This document shows positions 12,595 through 25,689 of a stretch of DNA of 64,000 nt, piece by piece. Numbering within the stretch: position 1 is the first letter of the stretch; each line of letters opens with the position of its first letter. Source of the stretch: Curvularia clavata (lineage: Eukaryota); contig CP089277.1 in the NCBI GenBank assembly GCA_023920165.1, forward strand, positions 2,604,001 to 2,668,000, written 5' to 3'. The position numbers and the translations under genes are program-made. Under the pieces are notes generated by a model. That model worked only from the letters and a program-made list of their open reading frames with translations. It did not search any database and was not told the origin of the DNA.

Positions 12595-12967
12595 ATGACT
12601 TCCATCCTCGCCGCTATCAAAGACGTCTTCGCCTCCCTGGCCGAACTCATCTGGTCCTTCTTCAGCACTGCATTGGACCTCGTCCAGAAAACGCTCCAAT
12701 TTTTCCTCAGTTTTGTGCATGAAGTCTTTGGGTTGGTTGTAAACTTTTTCCGCGGCCTGGTCGATCTTGCGGGTGGGATCTTTGGCTTTGTGCTTGGTAA
12801 GTCGCGCCATTGGAGTGTATTGCAGAAGGGAAAAGGACGAGGCTGATTAGGTGTCAATAGGTAATATACTGATGCTGGGAGTTCTGTCAGCGGCGGTTTT
12901 TGGGTTCTTGCAGTATCAACGGAGTCAGGGGAAGACGGTTACGGTGGGTGGTAAGAAGGTGAATTAG
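12595..12967 (+). CDS. Small (102 aa) hypothetical membrane-associated protein; exons 12595-12796, 12861-12967
   Basis: CACCATG start. Intron GTAAGT...CTGAT...TAG (12797-12860) gives ...GFVLGNILMLGVLSAAVFGFLQYQRSQGKTVTVGGKKVN*. Confidence 0.75.
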
Positions 12968-13486
12968 GGGATTAAGAGCCGGAGTACAGGGGACGTGGAG
13001 GTAGATTTTGGAGGTGATAGTGGAATGGGAGTGTCGTTCTCGACTCCTTTGCGATAGCCTGGGATTATATGATACCCCCTTTTGACGCGAGTGACAAGAT
13101 CTTATGGGTGCATTGTAGTAAGGTGATATTTTGGAACATGCCGGGACTTGTCTTCCCTATTTACTCTTTTGTTATTTTCTGGTGTGTTTGAAGGCTTACG
13201 TCTGTTCGACATATCCTTACCATACCTCTGGGACTTATCGGTTTAAGACTTCGACCATTCGCTATGACGCTTGACACGTCGATATATCATTAAGTGTCTT
13301 TCGACCTGCAGCTCGTACAGGGCAGTAGAAAAACCACACAATTACAGCACCATCAGTACACGAGAAATACTGCAATTTGAATAGCTGGCTGATCCCGCAG
13401 TCCTATCGTTCATCTAATCCCTTGTCTACATATCGTACATCAACATTCATTCATCTGCCCAAAACGCCGTTAAGAAAAAAGCGCAA

Positions 13487-15124
13487 CTACAAAATACTAT
13501 TATCGGCACAAGTAAATGCGCCATTAACCTTTGTCGTCGCAAATGTATTCATCAACGCATCAATGCTGGCATACATACCCGGGCCCACCATGAAGAGCGT
13601 CACGCACATAATGAAGATGTTGAAAACAGCAGTCGCAATCTTCTTTCCGCTGGACCTCCATTTGCCGTTTTTGTTGAGATCGAACCAGAAGAGCACCGTG
13701 ACACCCCAAGTGAACCAGGAGAGCAACAGCGCAGCAGAAATGTTGAGCAAGGAGCTGAAGACCGGGATGGCGTTGGCGAGAATCCAGACGACGACCCAGA
13801 AGAGGGTGACAGAGAAGGTCCAAATGATCCAATCAGTCTTCTTGCCAACCTCTGGGGCGGCCATGGAGTTGCGGCGATTGCTTGAGGGGGCTGTTCCCGC
13901 GGGCGAGATGTTGACAATTGTGCCAGCTCTGTCCTTCTTGGACTGGTAGGCACTGACTTGGCGGGTGAAATAGATGTGGATGTAGCGTGCTGCCGTCATT
14001 CCAAAGACAAGTCCCGTTCCTAACAGCCCGACGAAGATAACTCCGTACGAGGCTTTGGCCATGGTCGGGAGCAAGGAGCCAAGTGCAGGTGACGCTACTT
14101 GTTCGCCAGACAAGGCGTAGACAACGGCAGCCACAAGAACGTAAATGGCAGTCGCCGAACATTTCTCAATGATGATAGCCTTGGGAAAGTCGCGGGAGGG
14201 GTTCTCCATCTCAGCCAAGACTGTTGGAAACGCCTGGTTACCACTAAAGGCGAAAGCAATATTGAGGAATGCAGAGGTGGCTTGGGTGAAAGTAGGGTTA
14301 CCGATAGCCTTCAGGTTCAGGGGTGCCTCCGGGTTTCGCGGGCCTTGAACGCCCAGAATGATCATGACCATCAACACGGCTGCGAAAATGGAGATTGTGC
14401 AAGGCCAAGAAGCCCATGATACGAAGCGCATGCTTCGGGGTACACACATAGCCCACATGACGACAGCGGCAAGCACCGTAAACGCAACGGTGCAAGTTGC
14501 GTGTTCGCTGATGGTGTTGAGACCGATGGAGATGGTGACCACAGCAGAGGCTGAGATAAGTGCCATGTTGATCAAAAAGCCCAGTGCGAAGACAACTTCG
14601 ACCCAGGGCCCACCGAGGACACGGCCGTAGTCAACAATGTTGAGCATGTACGGGTACTTTCGCCAATATTGGATGAGGTTGTAAGCCGTGTACAGACTGA
14701 GCATACCCATACCAATGATGGCGACGATACCCGGGAAGAAGCCAAGCGTATTGAGGGCGCTTGGTAACGACAAGATACCAATTCCAATTTCGTTTGTCAT
14801 GAAGATGATGACAGTCTGGGTCGTGTTGAGCTTTTTAGAACTGGCCTCGGGAGGGGGACAGACACTGGCATTCCGGATATCTGCTACGTCGCCTAGGTTT
14901 GTGTCATTTTCGGATGACGATGTCGAGTCGAATTTATCAGAGTTCGCTTCGTTCTTATGTCGCAAAGGGTCTTCTGGATCGTATGTCGGATCAGCTGCAA
15001 GGGTGATCGTAGGTCGCTGGGCGGATACGGGGAGGGTGTCAGTAGCTTTGGTCTTGTCGCCGACATCATGTGGTTGCTGCTTGGGGAGGTCGCCATTGGC
15101 AGCCGCTAGGGGTTTTTGTTCCAT
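13487..15124 (-). CDS. Amino acid transporter (Aa_trans/AAAP family, Mtr-like neutral amino acid permease)
   Basis: 545-aa ORF with IGIGILSLP, AFAFSG...EMENP..FPKA and ASPALGS motifs and many hydrophobic segments. Confidence 0.9.
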   Translation of the reverse strand: MEQKPLAAANGDLPKQQPHDVGDKTKATDTLPVSAQRPTITLAADPTYDPEDPLRHKNEANSDKFDSTSSSENDTNLGDVADIRNASVCPPPEASSKKLNTTQTVIIFMTNEIGIGILSLPSALNTLGFFPGIVAIIGMGMLSLYTAYNLIQYWRKYPYMLNIVDYGRVLGGPWVEVVFALGFLINMALISASAVVTISIGLNTISEHATCTVAFTVLAAVVMWAMCVPRSMRFVSWASWPCTISIFAAVLMVMIILGVQGPRNPEAPLNLKAIGNPTFTQATSAFLNIAFAFSGNQAFPTVLAEMENPSRDFPKAIIIEKCSATAIYVLVAAVVYALSGEQVASPALGSLLPTMAKASYGVIFVGLLGTGLVFGMTAARYIHIYFTRQVSAYQSKKDRAGTIVNISPAGTAPSSNRRNSMAAPEVGKKTDWIIWTFSVTLFWVVVWILANAIPVFSSLLNISAALLLSWFTWGVTVLFWFDLNKNGKWRSSGKKIATAVFNIFIMCVTLFMVGPGMYASIDALMNTFATTKVNGAFTCADNSIL

Positions 15125-17417
15125 GATTCACAGGACAGTCAAGCACTTACGCTTGCATATGTAGAGTTTGTAGGATTGGGTTTGAGGAAAAGAAAGAGGA
15201 AGGGGTTGGCAAATAGTGAGGTTGAACTGATAGCACTCAGGGAAATGTGAAGATGTTATGAATACAGATAGACAGCGAGATTAAAGGTCACAGCTCAGTG
15301 CGGAGGAACCCAGCGACTTGGAGAATTACGTACTACCAAGGACGGTAGCTCGTGGTAGCGCGGTCGCGGACAGGTGCAGTAGCCAACGGTGGCTGTGCGT
15401 CAATGGTCGGATAGTGAAAATACAGGGTCTTTTTGACTGCGTGGAGACTGGTGGTCCGTTTATCCACTTAGGGTATGTGGGTCTCCTCAGAAGCCTCACA
15501 GATGAAGCTGTTAGTAACAGAATGGAAGCTTAGCATCATAATTCGTGCAAGCGTAATAACTCAGGCTTTTTCTCAGTGTCACCCAACGGTCCCACGAAGT
15601 TGACCCCAGGTCGGGCAGGCGTGGTGATGCGGAGAAAGGGTCCCAGTGACGTCTGACGTTGATCTCCTCCGGGAGTGACCGCACTAGCGAGAGCCGCACC
15701 ACACCATCTACTGCATGATCCACGCCGAACCACGCCGGCTTGGGATGCCGAGATTGGCTGTCATCACTGGTGTGGCTGGGCAGAGAGACAGTGAACTGGT
15801 TGGTTGCCTTATGGCTTCGGCTTCGTGCGAGAACGATGTGTTAGTTTTGATACCGCTCGGTACATGATGGATTCGGGAGCGCCAGGGGGATCAGCGATAT
15901 CCGGTGCACTATTTTCTTCCAGAAGATGTAGTGAACATGGGCTCCAGAGGGACGTGCCAAGTGGATGTGTCTCGCATCGATGCTGGAGGCAAATTTTTAC
16001 GCGATAAAACATTGGCGCTGCATGAATCTGCTATGTTGCACCCAGTCAGAAGTGAGGCGTCCGGATGCCAAGGACATTCTAGTGGGAGGACTGGACGACG
16101 GAGAAAAAGAACGGCCGCTGACCTCCAAGTGGCCCTGCACCCGGTAACTGCGAAAGAAATGGATGTCAGAGTGCCATCTCTGGTGCTTCTGTGGGCCTGC
16201 CGAGATTCTTTCCAGAGCAAGTTAATCATGGTCAGGCGAGGTAACGGCACTGTGTGGATCGTCTATGATTTCTCAATATAGCATTCCCCGTGTACCCGAT
16301 TGATTATGGTAGAGGTCTAGTAGTCGCGTGTGGTAGAAAACTGGAGGTACAGGTCCACATTCGGAATAGAAAACTGGGTAACTCTGGGTCGGGAAGTGTG
16401 CCCTGATCCGTCTGGGGCAGACATGTGTGCTGGAGGACGAGGCTGGCAGCATGTCAGTGCTGAAGACTCAGATAGGATATGTGCCTGTCGTTGGCTACGG
16501 TAACGTCGCTTGTGGCTCCGAAGGCTGTCTAGTCAGCAGCATGAGGCTGAGGTGGCAGCCTCCTGGCCGAAATGAGTGCCCATTTTTCTCTGTCAACCAG
16601 GCCTCCATCAGGGGGCGATCAGCAAAGAACATGACAAACGCCTGCATACAAAAGCAGCTCGCATCGTCTGTCATGGTGAGTTGGTGCGAGAGGGGAGTCG
16701 CTGATGTGCTTGACTTCAGTGGATGTTGAGGGCACGAGATGAGATGGTTACGCGTCTAGGAGTGTCACGTGACTGTAACAGCCGTTTTGGATTTCTGATG
16801 TCTCTCGTTCCGAGCGCGTTTCCAGGAGCAAGAGTTCTCCAACGGCATGCGCAATAGGGTCCAAATGCCCTCCTTCTCTACACATACACCTCCTGTCGAC
16901 AGTTATTATCGAACTGGTGTCGAGCACCGCCTTGCTGACTGCAGCAATGCTATGTTGGGCGCAGGCGTGGCTGGGACCTCCTGACTTGCGTCACTAGCAG
17001 CCGCCGTTCCGAAAGGCAGCCTTGGCGGCTCCACCGTCGTCATCACCGTCACAATGCCAAACCACAGAACGGCCTTTAGGGAGTATTAAGCAACAAGTTG
17101 TGGCCATTCCCTGCTTGGCAGCTCGAGGAGGACGCGCAGCCTCTCCCCGGACTGCCAGGAGACGAAACAGAGGCGAGCCGTAGGCCGTCTCCACCCTGTC
17201 CATGCAACCGCCCGCCGCTGCCGTTGTCCGTTCCATGTTTTTTCCCATCGCCCTGGTCACCACCTGTCGTTGATCGATTCACCCTGCTTTTCCCATTCCG
17301 ATTGGCGCCTGCTCTGAATTTTGTCTCTCAACCCGCTCTTTGCGCCCGTTCCGCCGAGTCGCTCGCTCTTTTCGACCGTTTCTATTGCTGCTGCTACTGC
17401 CGCTCTCCACATTTGCC

Positions 17418-18343
17418 ATGATTCCCCGGACAGCTTTTTCAGCGCTTCTCTACGCGAGCACTGCTTTCGCCGTGTGCACCAAGCTCGAAGACTGCCCTCA
17501 GTTTGAGCCTCTCAAGACAAACGAATGCCAGACCTTTCACCACTTCCTCGCACGAGGCTCCACCTCCCCCTACCCGGGCCACGTCATCGAGACTGTCGGC
17601 AAGGTCTGCAATGCCCTTAACACCAAAGAGAATCCCAAAGCCTGTGGTTATGAGGACGTGCAGTATTGGGCCATGAATGGCGGGGAGAAGTGGTGTATAT
17701 CATCGCACGAGGGCGCCATCAATGGTGCCGAACAGATGAGGAACTACACGCAGAGGTGCCCAGATAGCCATCTGATTGTTATGGGATTCAGCCAGGGTGG
17801 TAGTGTTATGCTCGACGTCCTCGGTGGCGGTGGTGGCCCTCTCTGGGGGTGTGAGCAAAAGTCCAACCCCAGTATGAACATTACGAGTCCTCCAGGTTCC
17901 AAGAGTGCGTATCTTCCTTACAGGATGGCTATGGTCCATGTGCTAACTCATTCGCAGTTGCAGCGGCACTCGTCTTCGGCCCTACGCGACGCTCAGCGAA
18001 CCAATCCTACACCCGCGGCGGTGGCCAAATCTCAGATGGCAGTGCTCCTCGATCACCAGAGGAACTTGCAGGTCTCCAGCCCTATGCTGATGCTGGTATC
18101 CTTCGCGAATACTGCCAGCCAGGCGACCCGATTTGTGCCCCCCACTCCGACAACAAGGACATGTCCAAGCACCTGGATTATTTCGACATCTACGGTGACG
18201 AGGCAGCTGAATGGGTCATCAACCTCGCTAGGAAGGCTGAATCCGGAGAGAAGACATCCGGTGCGAAGGGCATGCTGCATCAATCAATCTCGCACCCCAT
18301 CGCGAACGTCTTCATTCTCATCTTCGTGTTATTTGTCATATAG
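17418..18343 (+). CDS. CE5 cutinase/acetylxylan esterase-like secreted protein; exons 17418-17904, 17958-18343
   Basis: Signal-peptide-like N-terminus, ARGS, GFSQG nucleophile elbow, YCQPGDPIC and a downstream His. Intron GTGCGT...CTAAC...CAG (17905-17957). Hydrophobic C-terminus. Confidence 0.85.
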
Positions 18344-19204
18344 TAAGTCGATCTCTGACACCGCCACGATTATACCATAGAATTCGGAATAGACGTTTGG
18401 GCCATTGAAGATTCAATATTTGCCGGCGCATGCGTGAATGAATGCTTATGCTGTACAGTTTTGCCGTCCGAAAATTCGCTGTTTGGAAGACAACTCGTTC
18501 TCCTGAGTACTCTCGCGTCAACACTGCCGAAACCGTATGAACCTACGATCCGCATACCCGAGTTTGAGACAAGCATTCTGCGTCCTTGGCAACGAGCATG
18601 ATACCGGGCCGTATAGCCGTCTAGCCGAGGCATATGTTGGGCGAGCGATGGATCAGAGATGCATCTGCGCTGTCATGGAGAAGACAAGAGTGCGAGAATC
18701 GTCGAAAAAGCGTTGAGGAAGACGCGGGAGCTTATAATTGCATTTGTTGGCGAATTGCCAAGATACCCTTAACTGTACAATACATAGTGTAGATATAGTA
18801 GTTTTTTATTATCGGCCGACCGGTTCGACGAATCAGCATATAGAGAATTTATTTTCTTTCTACCGCATTCCTCTCTCACACAGTTGTCTAACATGCTAAT
18901 GACGCATTCTGCGTTCGTTGAATACTACGTGATATTTGGCATTTAGAGGAGCGCTTTGGTTGGGTATGGCGCCTTGGCACGACTTGCCATTTAAACATAC
19001 TCGCGCACCCATTGCCATTTTTACTGCTGTTCTTGCCAGATGCCATGGATTAATGGGGGTGATAGGAAGAAAAGAGGAGGTTCCACCGAAGATAGTAGTA
19101 GTCGTGGTTGTGTAGTCTAGGTCGAAGCTGTAGTAATAGCGTGATTCTGGTACCGTGCGTGTACTTGAGCGTGCTCTAGATACAACTATAGTTCTTTTTC
19201 TGAA

Positions 19205-19256
19205 AAAACAACAACAACAAATAAGTAAACAGATAAGTAAGTATGTTAGTAAACAG
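19205..19256 (+). repeat. Imperfect AT-rich microsatellite (ACA)n/(TAAG)n
   Basis: aaaacaacaacaacaaataagtaaacagataagtaagtatgttagtaaacag in intergenic DNA. Confidence 0.5.
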
Positions 19257-21221
19257 AAAGGTCATGGCAACGTGACGTTGATATACAATACGTGCTGTCA
19301 ACAACCACTGTTCGCAACACTCGTTGAACCTAGAAAAGACCGGTGAATAACAAGGTTACACGGCGAGTCTTTGCAGTAGTAGCGTCTCCGTTGCTTCCCG
19401 TAATAAGCTAATTGTACGATCCGCGGCAAGGTCATTTGCCAAATAGATCTTGACAGCTTACTTGAGATTGCGGAGATGGCGTAGTATCGAGAGTTTAACT
19501 AAGCTTAGTGCGGGGAGATGCGTTTTTGTGTGTCATACTTAATTGGAGTATGCGATTCCACCTTCACCTTCGCCTTCACATGCAAAAAAGGCAAAATCAA
19601 GCAATTGCCCTCCGCATCTGTTACTTCATCACCTTGATTCAAACGAGGCACCTTCCTGGCCTCAGAAATCCTATTATTGTGGGACACTAAGTGGGTTATG
19701 ATTAGTTTCTTAGGTCTGAGTAGTCTAATGTTTGTCATTTGGTACCCACCGAACGTCCCCGCTAGGAGCCCACCCCGCGGAGGAACAATTGCTTAATAGG
19801 AGAATACGTGATTCTATAGTGCTTATGCAACACCATTGGGATATGAGGGGATGGAGATGTTTGTTTGCTTTCTAACCGTTGGAGTGGCAACTCTCATTTG
19901 TCAATATGCATACAGACCATCACCGCCTCTAAAGGAAAACGTGGATAACTTCAATCCCTCACAACCCCGCATTATACATACCCCAGCGCAATCTTCATAC
20001 TGCTATACAATGCAACAAAGGCAGATGATAGTAGAAAGTATCCAGTAGAAAATGCAGTAAAGAAATTGAATAATCACAGAGTTAGATGTGTGACAGACAA
20101 TGTCCACCCTTTTCTTTGGAGGTGCTATCAAACGTTGAGAACAAAAGTCCAAGGCGACAACACTCAGGATAGTCCAAGCTCGATTACTATCTTGATGCCG
20201 AGCATCTCCGTAAGTTCAATCACTTTGTGCTCTGAAGCCCACGACCGGGGTTCAACAGCCACGATGCTAGCGGGAGGTGGCGCACATACGCTAGCATCGG
20301 TATGTTCCACTTGCTCATGATTAAAGAAAGCCATGTTAGCCACTAGTTTCGGACGTGTACTGTGATCATCGTGTCTCATTTCGCAACAGCGCGCGGATTG
20401 GAGATGTTGATGCACAAGATGGGATCACGAATATGGCGATACTATGTAGCATCGACAATGACGCATTCGCCGATTGGCTTTGGTTCATGGCACCAGCAAT
20501 GGCAAGATCAGGACGGATTGCCTGAATTGTAAATGCAATCTCAGCGATACGAGTCAGATGTCCGGCACCCAGGTATGGCTTGGTGCTAGCCATGTGGTCA
20601 GCCTGCTCATCCCACGATTTAGCGACCGCTTTATGTATGCATAGTTCGGGCGAACGCTGGCAGAGCAGGTGTTCGGAAATTTCTTTTAGGCGCATGCATG
20701 CACCCTAGTACATAAGACCTACGTAGCTGAGCGCTTGTGGTGATGTTCAGTTCACTAACCGTGAAATAAGTTTGCTACGGTCCTTTGCTACAGGGAGGTG
20801 AGCTGTAAGGAACATACTCGGAATACTGCTGCACTCCCTCAGCTGTTAATCCCAAACAAAAACAAACACTCGCAGCCTCTTTGCTGTACCAATGACAAGA
20901 TCACGTCACATGTCGATAAGATAAAGCGCCTCGTGGAGATGATTTAGTGTAGATCAGGGGTAAAGCACGGACTCTAATCCCGCTACCCATGCATAACAGC
21001 GTGCATATCGACAACCTCATTTGCCCAATTCGTTTCATAAATGAATTCAAATGGCTTAGTCTCCACCGTCCCTAGTACCGTAATCCCAAGAGGGGGTGCA
21101 CATAATAGCTATCGAGCACCCCAGAATCCAAGGCGCCGGTTTCCCTACTTTCACACAAGTTGCCCACCTCCTCCTACTATCAATCATCCCTGCGCTTATA
21201 CGCGTCGGAGGGAGAGCAGTC

Positions 21222-22968
21222 ATGGCGTTTGCTACTGTGCTATCCGATTTCTTTAGCTGCGGCAGGGCGAGAAAGACTCGCCAGTCCTCGACCGGACCAC
21301 TTGACGACAACGACGCGACGTCCGAGTCGGCTGCATATGGAATTGCTGAAGCTGCTGCTCCGTCCCTGGGGCTCGCACTCGCACCCATACCCGCGCTGAC
21401 ACTCGACGAAAAAGCAACTGACGAGGTCGATGCACGTCCGCGAACCAGAGGACCCGAGTCTACCAACAACCAGCAGCCTACACTGGCAAGCCGGCACCAT
21501 GACTCGCCTGCGGAGGAGAAGATGGAGATATCAGTAGTGCAAGAGAAGGCAAAACCAAGTACAGGCTGGATGGTTGAGCAGAGGGTTCTTGTCACCGCCA
21601 CGCCCGCTGCTGCTCCAAAAGAAGCAGAGGAGACAACATCCGTGCCCGAACCAGAACCGGAGACTGACACTGTCACCCCACCTGTTCGCTGCGCTACACC
21701 TGAGCTGGAGCCCTGGATCTCGTCATCAATTGCTCGCTCACAAACACCAGAGCCTGTGTCTGAACCCGAGGTACCCGCTGCAACTCCAATTGTTCGCCCG
21801 GTAACACCGCAGGCACAGATCGTAGATGTTGTATCCGTTCGAAGTGCTACACCTGACATTGTTGTCCGTCCGGTAACACCTCAGGAACAGCCTGTAGATG
21901 TTGCACCAGTTCAGGATGCGGCACCTGTTGTTGAGACTGTTCAAGAACCTGCGATGCCTGAGTCAGACGAGGTTTCATTTCCAGCCACTGAGGAGATCGT
22001 TACACCTGTTCCGGAACCCAAGATTGTTGCACCCAAGGTCCAGGCTGCTAAGAGGACTACTCCCCTGACCTTCCTCAGCATGCCTCCAGGTATGTATCCA
22101 TGTCCCGAATTTTTCCAAGTCAATCCGCTAACGATATGCAGAGGTGCGAAAGAAGATCTATGAGCAGATGAACGAGGATGGCCCTATCAGGATGTGCCGT
22201 GCCGACGACTCTGCATTGGTGCTTCGAGATGGTGAATCTGCACGTGCACCACGCCGTCAATTCTACAATCTCACCCAGGTGTGCCGGGAGATCCGCAGCG
22301 AGTTCTTGCCTGTGTACGCAAGCAAGACAGAGTACATCATTGACCTGTGGGGCCAGAGGACCCACCTTGCTGAGCTAGAGACGCTCAAGGCCAAGGTTTC
22401 CATGGATATCGATGCTGCCTGCTTCGACATGGAGCCCATTGACCTTCTGCCGTTGCTTCGATGCCTTGTCCGCACCGGTCGGGCAGACTTCCGTTTCACA
22501 TCAACCGAGGGTGTGGTATTCAGGAGCATCTCAGAGATCGTTGCTGAGCTCAACAAGCTCCTGCCTGCTGCTGATGGCAGCAACAAGAGCTGGCTTCAGG
22601 CTGTAAACGGACCGATGAAGAGGATCGACCTTCACCTCTTCCCCCACGACGACATTCGCCAGTACTACCGATTCCGCGGAGCTGAGCCGCTAGTCCGCAT
22701 CGTATACCCTTCAGCCAAGAGCGAGGAATGGATGAAGCGAGCTTCCAAGTCGGAGGCATACGAGACGTACCTGCGCAAAACTGGTCTGGACAAGTTCGAG
22801 ATGCACGTCGTCATCGGCCATGCTTCTCGCAGGACCACAAACGAAGGTCGCCTGCCTCTTGACTGGCGCATGAGCTACCAACAGCCCAGACAGTCCGTGG
22901 ACCGCTCGCGCCTTTCCATGGATGTCGCAGCTGCTCGTATGTCCATTGACAGGTCGCCTCGCAGGTAA
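21222..22968 (+). CDS. F-box-like domain protein with long P/E/T/V-rich disordered N-terminus; exons 21222-22089, 22142-22968
   Basis: Splicing the intron at 22090-22141 (GTATGT...CTAAC...CAG) yields FLSMPPEVRKKIY, followed by LTQVCREIRSEF, both F-box-like elements. Confidence 0.75.
21778..21905 (+). repeat. Imperfect tandem coding duplication (about 23-aa unit)
   Basis: ATPIVRPVTPQAQIVDV / ATPDIVVRPVTPQEQPVDV; ccggtaacacc and gtagatgtt each occur twice. Confidence 0.7.
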
Positions 22969-23939
22969 ACATATGACGAAGAAAAGTAATTTTGCGGCAG
23001 TTGTGTAGATTTTTTTTTTCAGAGCTTTATACCTTCATGATTTTACGTATGAGTTGGGCCACCGCAGAGCCTAGCAGGATACGAAGGGTCAGGCGCATAA
23101 CATACCCATTTAGCCTTGTAATGTTTTCAATGTTTTTACGGGGAGAGGAGATTGTACTTCGTACTCGTACATCCATAGGATACCGAAGTACCCTGGACAT
23201 GCTCAGCGGCTGACGGCCTCATTGCATCTCCTGCCCATAATGTTAATCTTTCCAACGACCTCAAGACTACATGTGGACCTTTTGTGAACCTATCATAACT
23301 TCTCCGTGTCGCCGAAACACCCCGCCATGCAAGGCCGCCACGTGCAGCTTGGCGAATCCTCTTTCGCCATGCTTTTCTTATCGACTGAAATTCCATGCAA
23401 TCTATACCAGGCGTATTAGACCCAAGCCGGTACCTGCCTGTTCCGTCTTTGATCCGTTCCCCACTCTATCTGCGCCTATTGCTCTTAGCACGACCACCTG
23501 ACGACCATACTACTATATCGACGTTGGAATCATTCACAATCCTGGAATATTTTGCTTGGCTCTTCCGAAAACGTGCATATGCCCACCAATGACAACTCTT
23601 TATGTTTCATTTTCTACAGAAGCCGAACTTGCCTTGCATTCTTCCGCCACCTAGAACCGTTGTTTTGCAACTTGTGCAAAGAAAGCCATGTAGATCTCTA
23701 CATGCTGTGCACCAAATCCTCCAATTGTGAAGCTTGTTCCAGCTTGGCAGAACTGGACAATTTCCACGATGCCAGTGCTTGCGATTTTAGGATTTAGGAG
23801 GTGCGAAACTATCGTGTTGTTTATGAAACAGCTCATCTCGCGCACTCGACCCTTCTTTATAAGGCTGTCGAGCTGTCTTTCAGGCTTTAGCACTTGACCG
23901 GTTTCTCTTTTTGCCTTTTTGGGCTGTAACCGACCCAAG

Positions 23940-25689
23940 ATGCGTTGTCTTTCCGCCCTTACGACTCTGCTTTTGGCCCCAGCTGCTGTCTTTGCAGCCT
24001 GGGGTTACACTGACGATGGAAAGAATTATGTCATCGACACCAATGCAAACCTCGTGGTCAAGGTCAGCAAGACCAACGCCGATATGACTTCAATCAAATA
24101 CCGCGGTGTTGAGTACAACGGTCAAAATGGCAAAAACTCTCATGTTGAATCTGGTCTTGCGCCAGGCACTGTTACCATCAAGCAATACACAACGCCGGCC
24201 AATATCATCAAGGTCACCATGAAGGTCGGAACTCTGATACACACCCTGGTGTTTCGCTACGGCAATCCAAATGTGTACATTTTCATGAACAAGAAGGATA
24301 CCAGTATCACTGTGTCTCGCTACATTCTCCGCATACCCGCAAACATCTTCACAAACAATCCCAACGAGGACACGGATTGGGTTCCCAATGGTGCACCAGC
24401 AATTGAGTCTGGAGATATCAACGGCGTGAATGGCCAGACTTGGTCGAAGCATTACTCAGGCAAACTATATGGTCGCACTATGGATTATGACTGGGTTGGT
24501 TATACCAACAAAAACGTTGGCATGTACATGATCCGCTCGAACCACGAGAAAGCTTCTGGAGGACCTTTCTTCAGGAGTCTAGTGCGCCGTGGAGGAGACG
24601 GCGGACCGGATCTCTACGACATTTACCAATATAACATGGGTAAGCTGACCCTGGATGTTGTATGAGTTTGACTTCTGACTGATCCAATCTAGGTCACACA
24701 GACGGAATGCGATTCGGTCTTCAAGGGCCTTCTGTGCTGCATTTCACAGACAACGGCGCTGCACCGAACCACAACCTCTTTGCTCGCAATGCCAACTGGG
24801 ACTGGTTTGACGCCCTTGAGATCGAAGGCTGGGTTCCAGCTAGCCGGCGCGGCGCCGTTGCAGGCGTGGGCCTCGCGAATATGAAGAGCGGATTTCAGTA
24901 TGTAGTTGGCTTGAAGAGCGATCAGGCACAGTACTGGACAACCGCAACCGGGGCTTGGAAGATCAGCAACGTCCTGCCAGGCTCATACACTCTGACCGTG
25001 TACAAAGGCGTATGTGACTTGCAACCAGCAATTTCCTGATCCTTTTACTAATGTCGTCTTAGGAACTCGAAGTCCACACCAGTACTGTCGACATCTCCGC
25101 CGGCAGCACCGCAACTCGCAACACCATCACGTGCAACGACCCCAGCGACATCGCTGCCATTTGGCGTATCGGCGAATGGGACGGCACACCAAAAGGCTTC
25201 CTGAACTTCGGCGATACCCCCATGAAACCCACATACATGCACCCCTCCGACTCGCGCCTCGCTAAATGGGATGCCGGAAACTATATCATCGGCACCTCCA
25301 CCGCCGCCAACTTCCCGGGCTACATCTGGAAAGATATTAACAATGATCACATTGTCTACTTCCGTCTCACTGACGCGCAGCTAGCTCAAGGCGCCAAGAT
25401 CCGTATCGGAGTCACGGAGGGCCAGGCTGGTGGGCGTCCCACGATCGCGGTGAATAGCTGGGTTGCGAAGTTGCCTACGGATAAGGGACAGGGCGATACG
25501 AGGAGTTTGACTGTGGGAACGTATCGGGGAAACAATTACGTCTATGAGTTTGATGTTCCCGCCAGTGCGTGGGTGCAGAGTGCGAGGGAGTACCAATTGT
25601 TGAAGATTACTGTTATTTCGGGGAAGACGGCGACGGGGTATTTGAGTCCTGCGGTCAGTTTTGACGCAATTGATATGGTTGCGGCTTGA
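23940..25689 (+). CDS. Rhamnogalacturonan lyase, polysaccharide lyase family 4; exons 23940-24639, 24693-25009, 25063-25689
   Basis: Signal peptide, SHVESGL, SKHYS, EKASGGPFFR, WRIGEWDGTP, MHPSD, TRSLTVGTYRGNN and YLSPAVSFDAID. Introns 24640-24692 and 25010-25062 are in frame. Confidence 0.92.

Noticed and set aside
18343..18380. Possible intron splitting the CE5 stop codon (TA|GTAAGT...CATAG|A gives TAA)
   Set aside because: Only 38 nt long with the branch-like CTGAC too close to the donor; the protein would be unchanged either way.
18400..21000. Long intergenic region with short ORFs (e.g. 20366-20695) searched for peptide precursors or ncRNA
   Set aside because: No signal peptide plus KR-repeat (KEP/RiPP) pattern and no recognisable RNA structure or domain.
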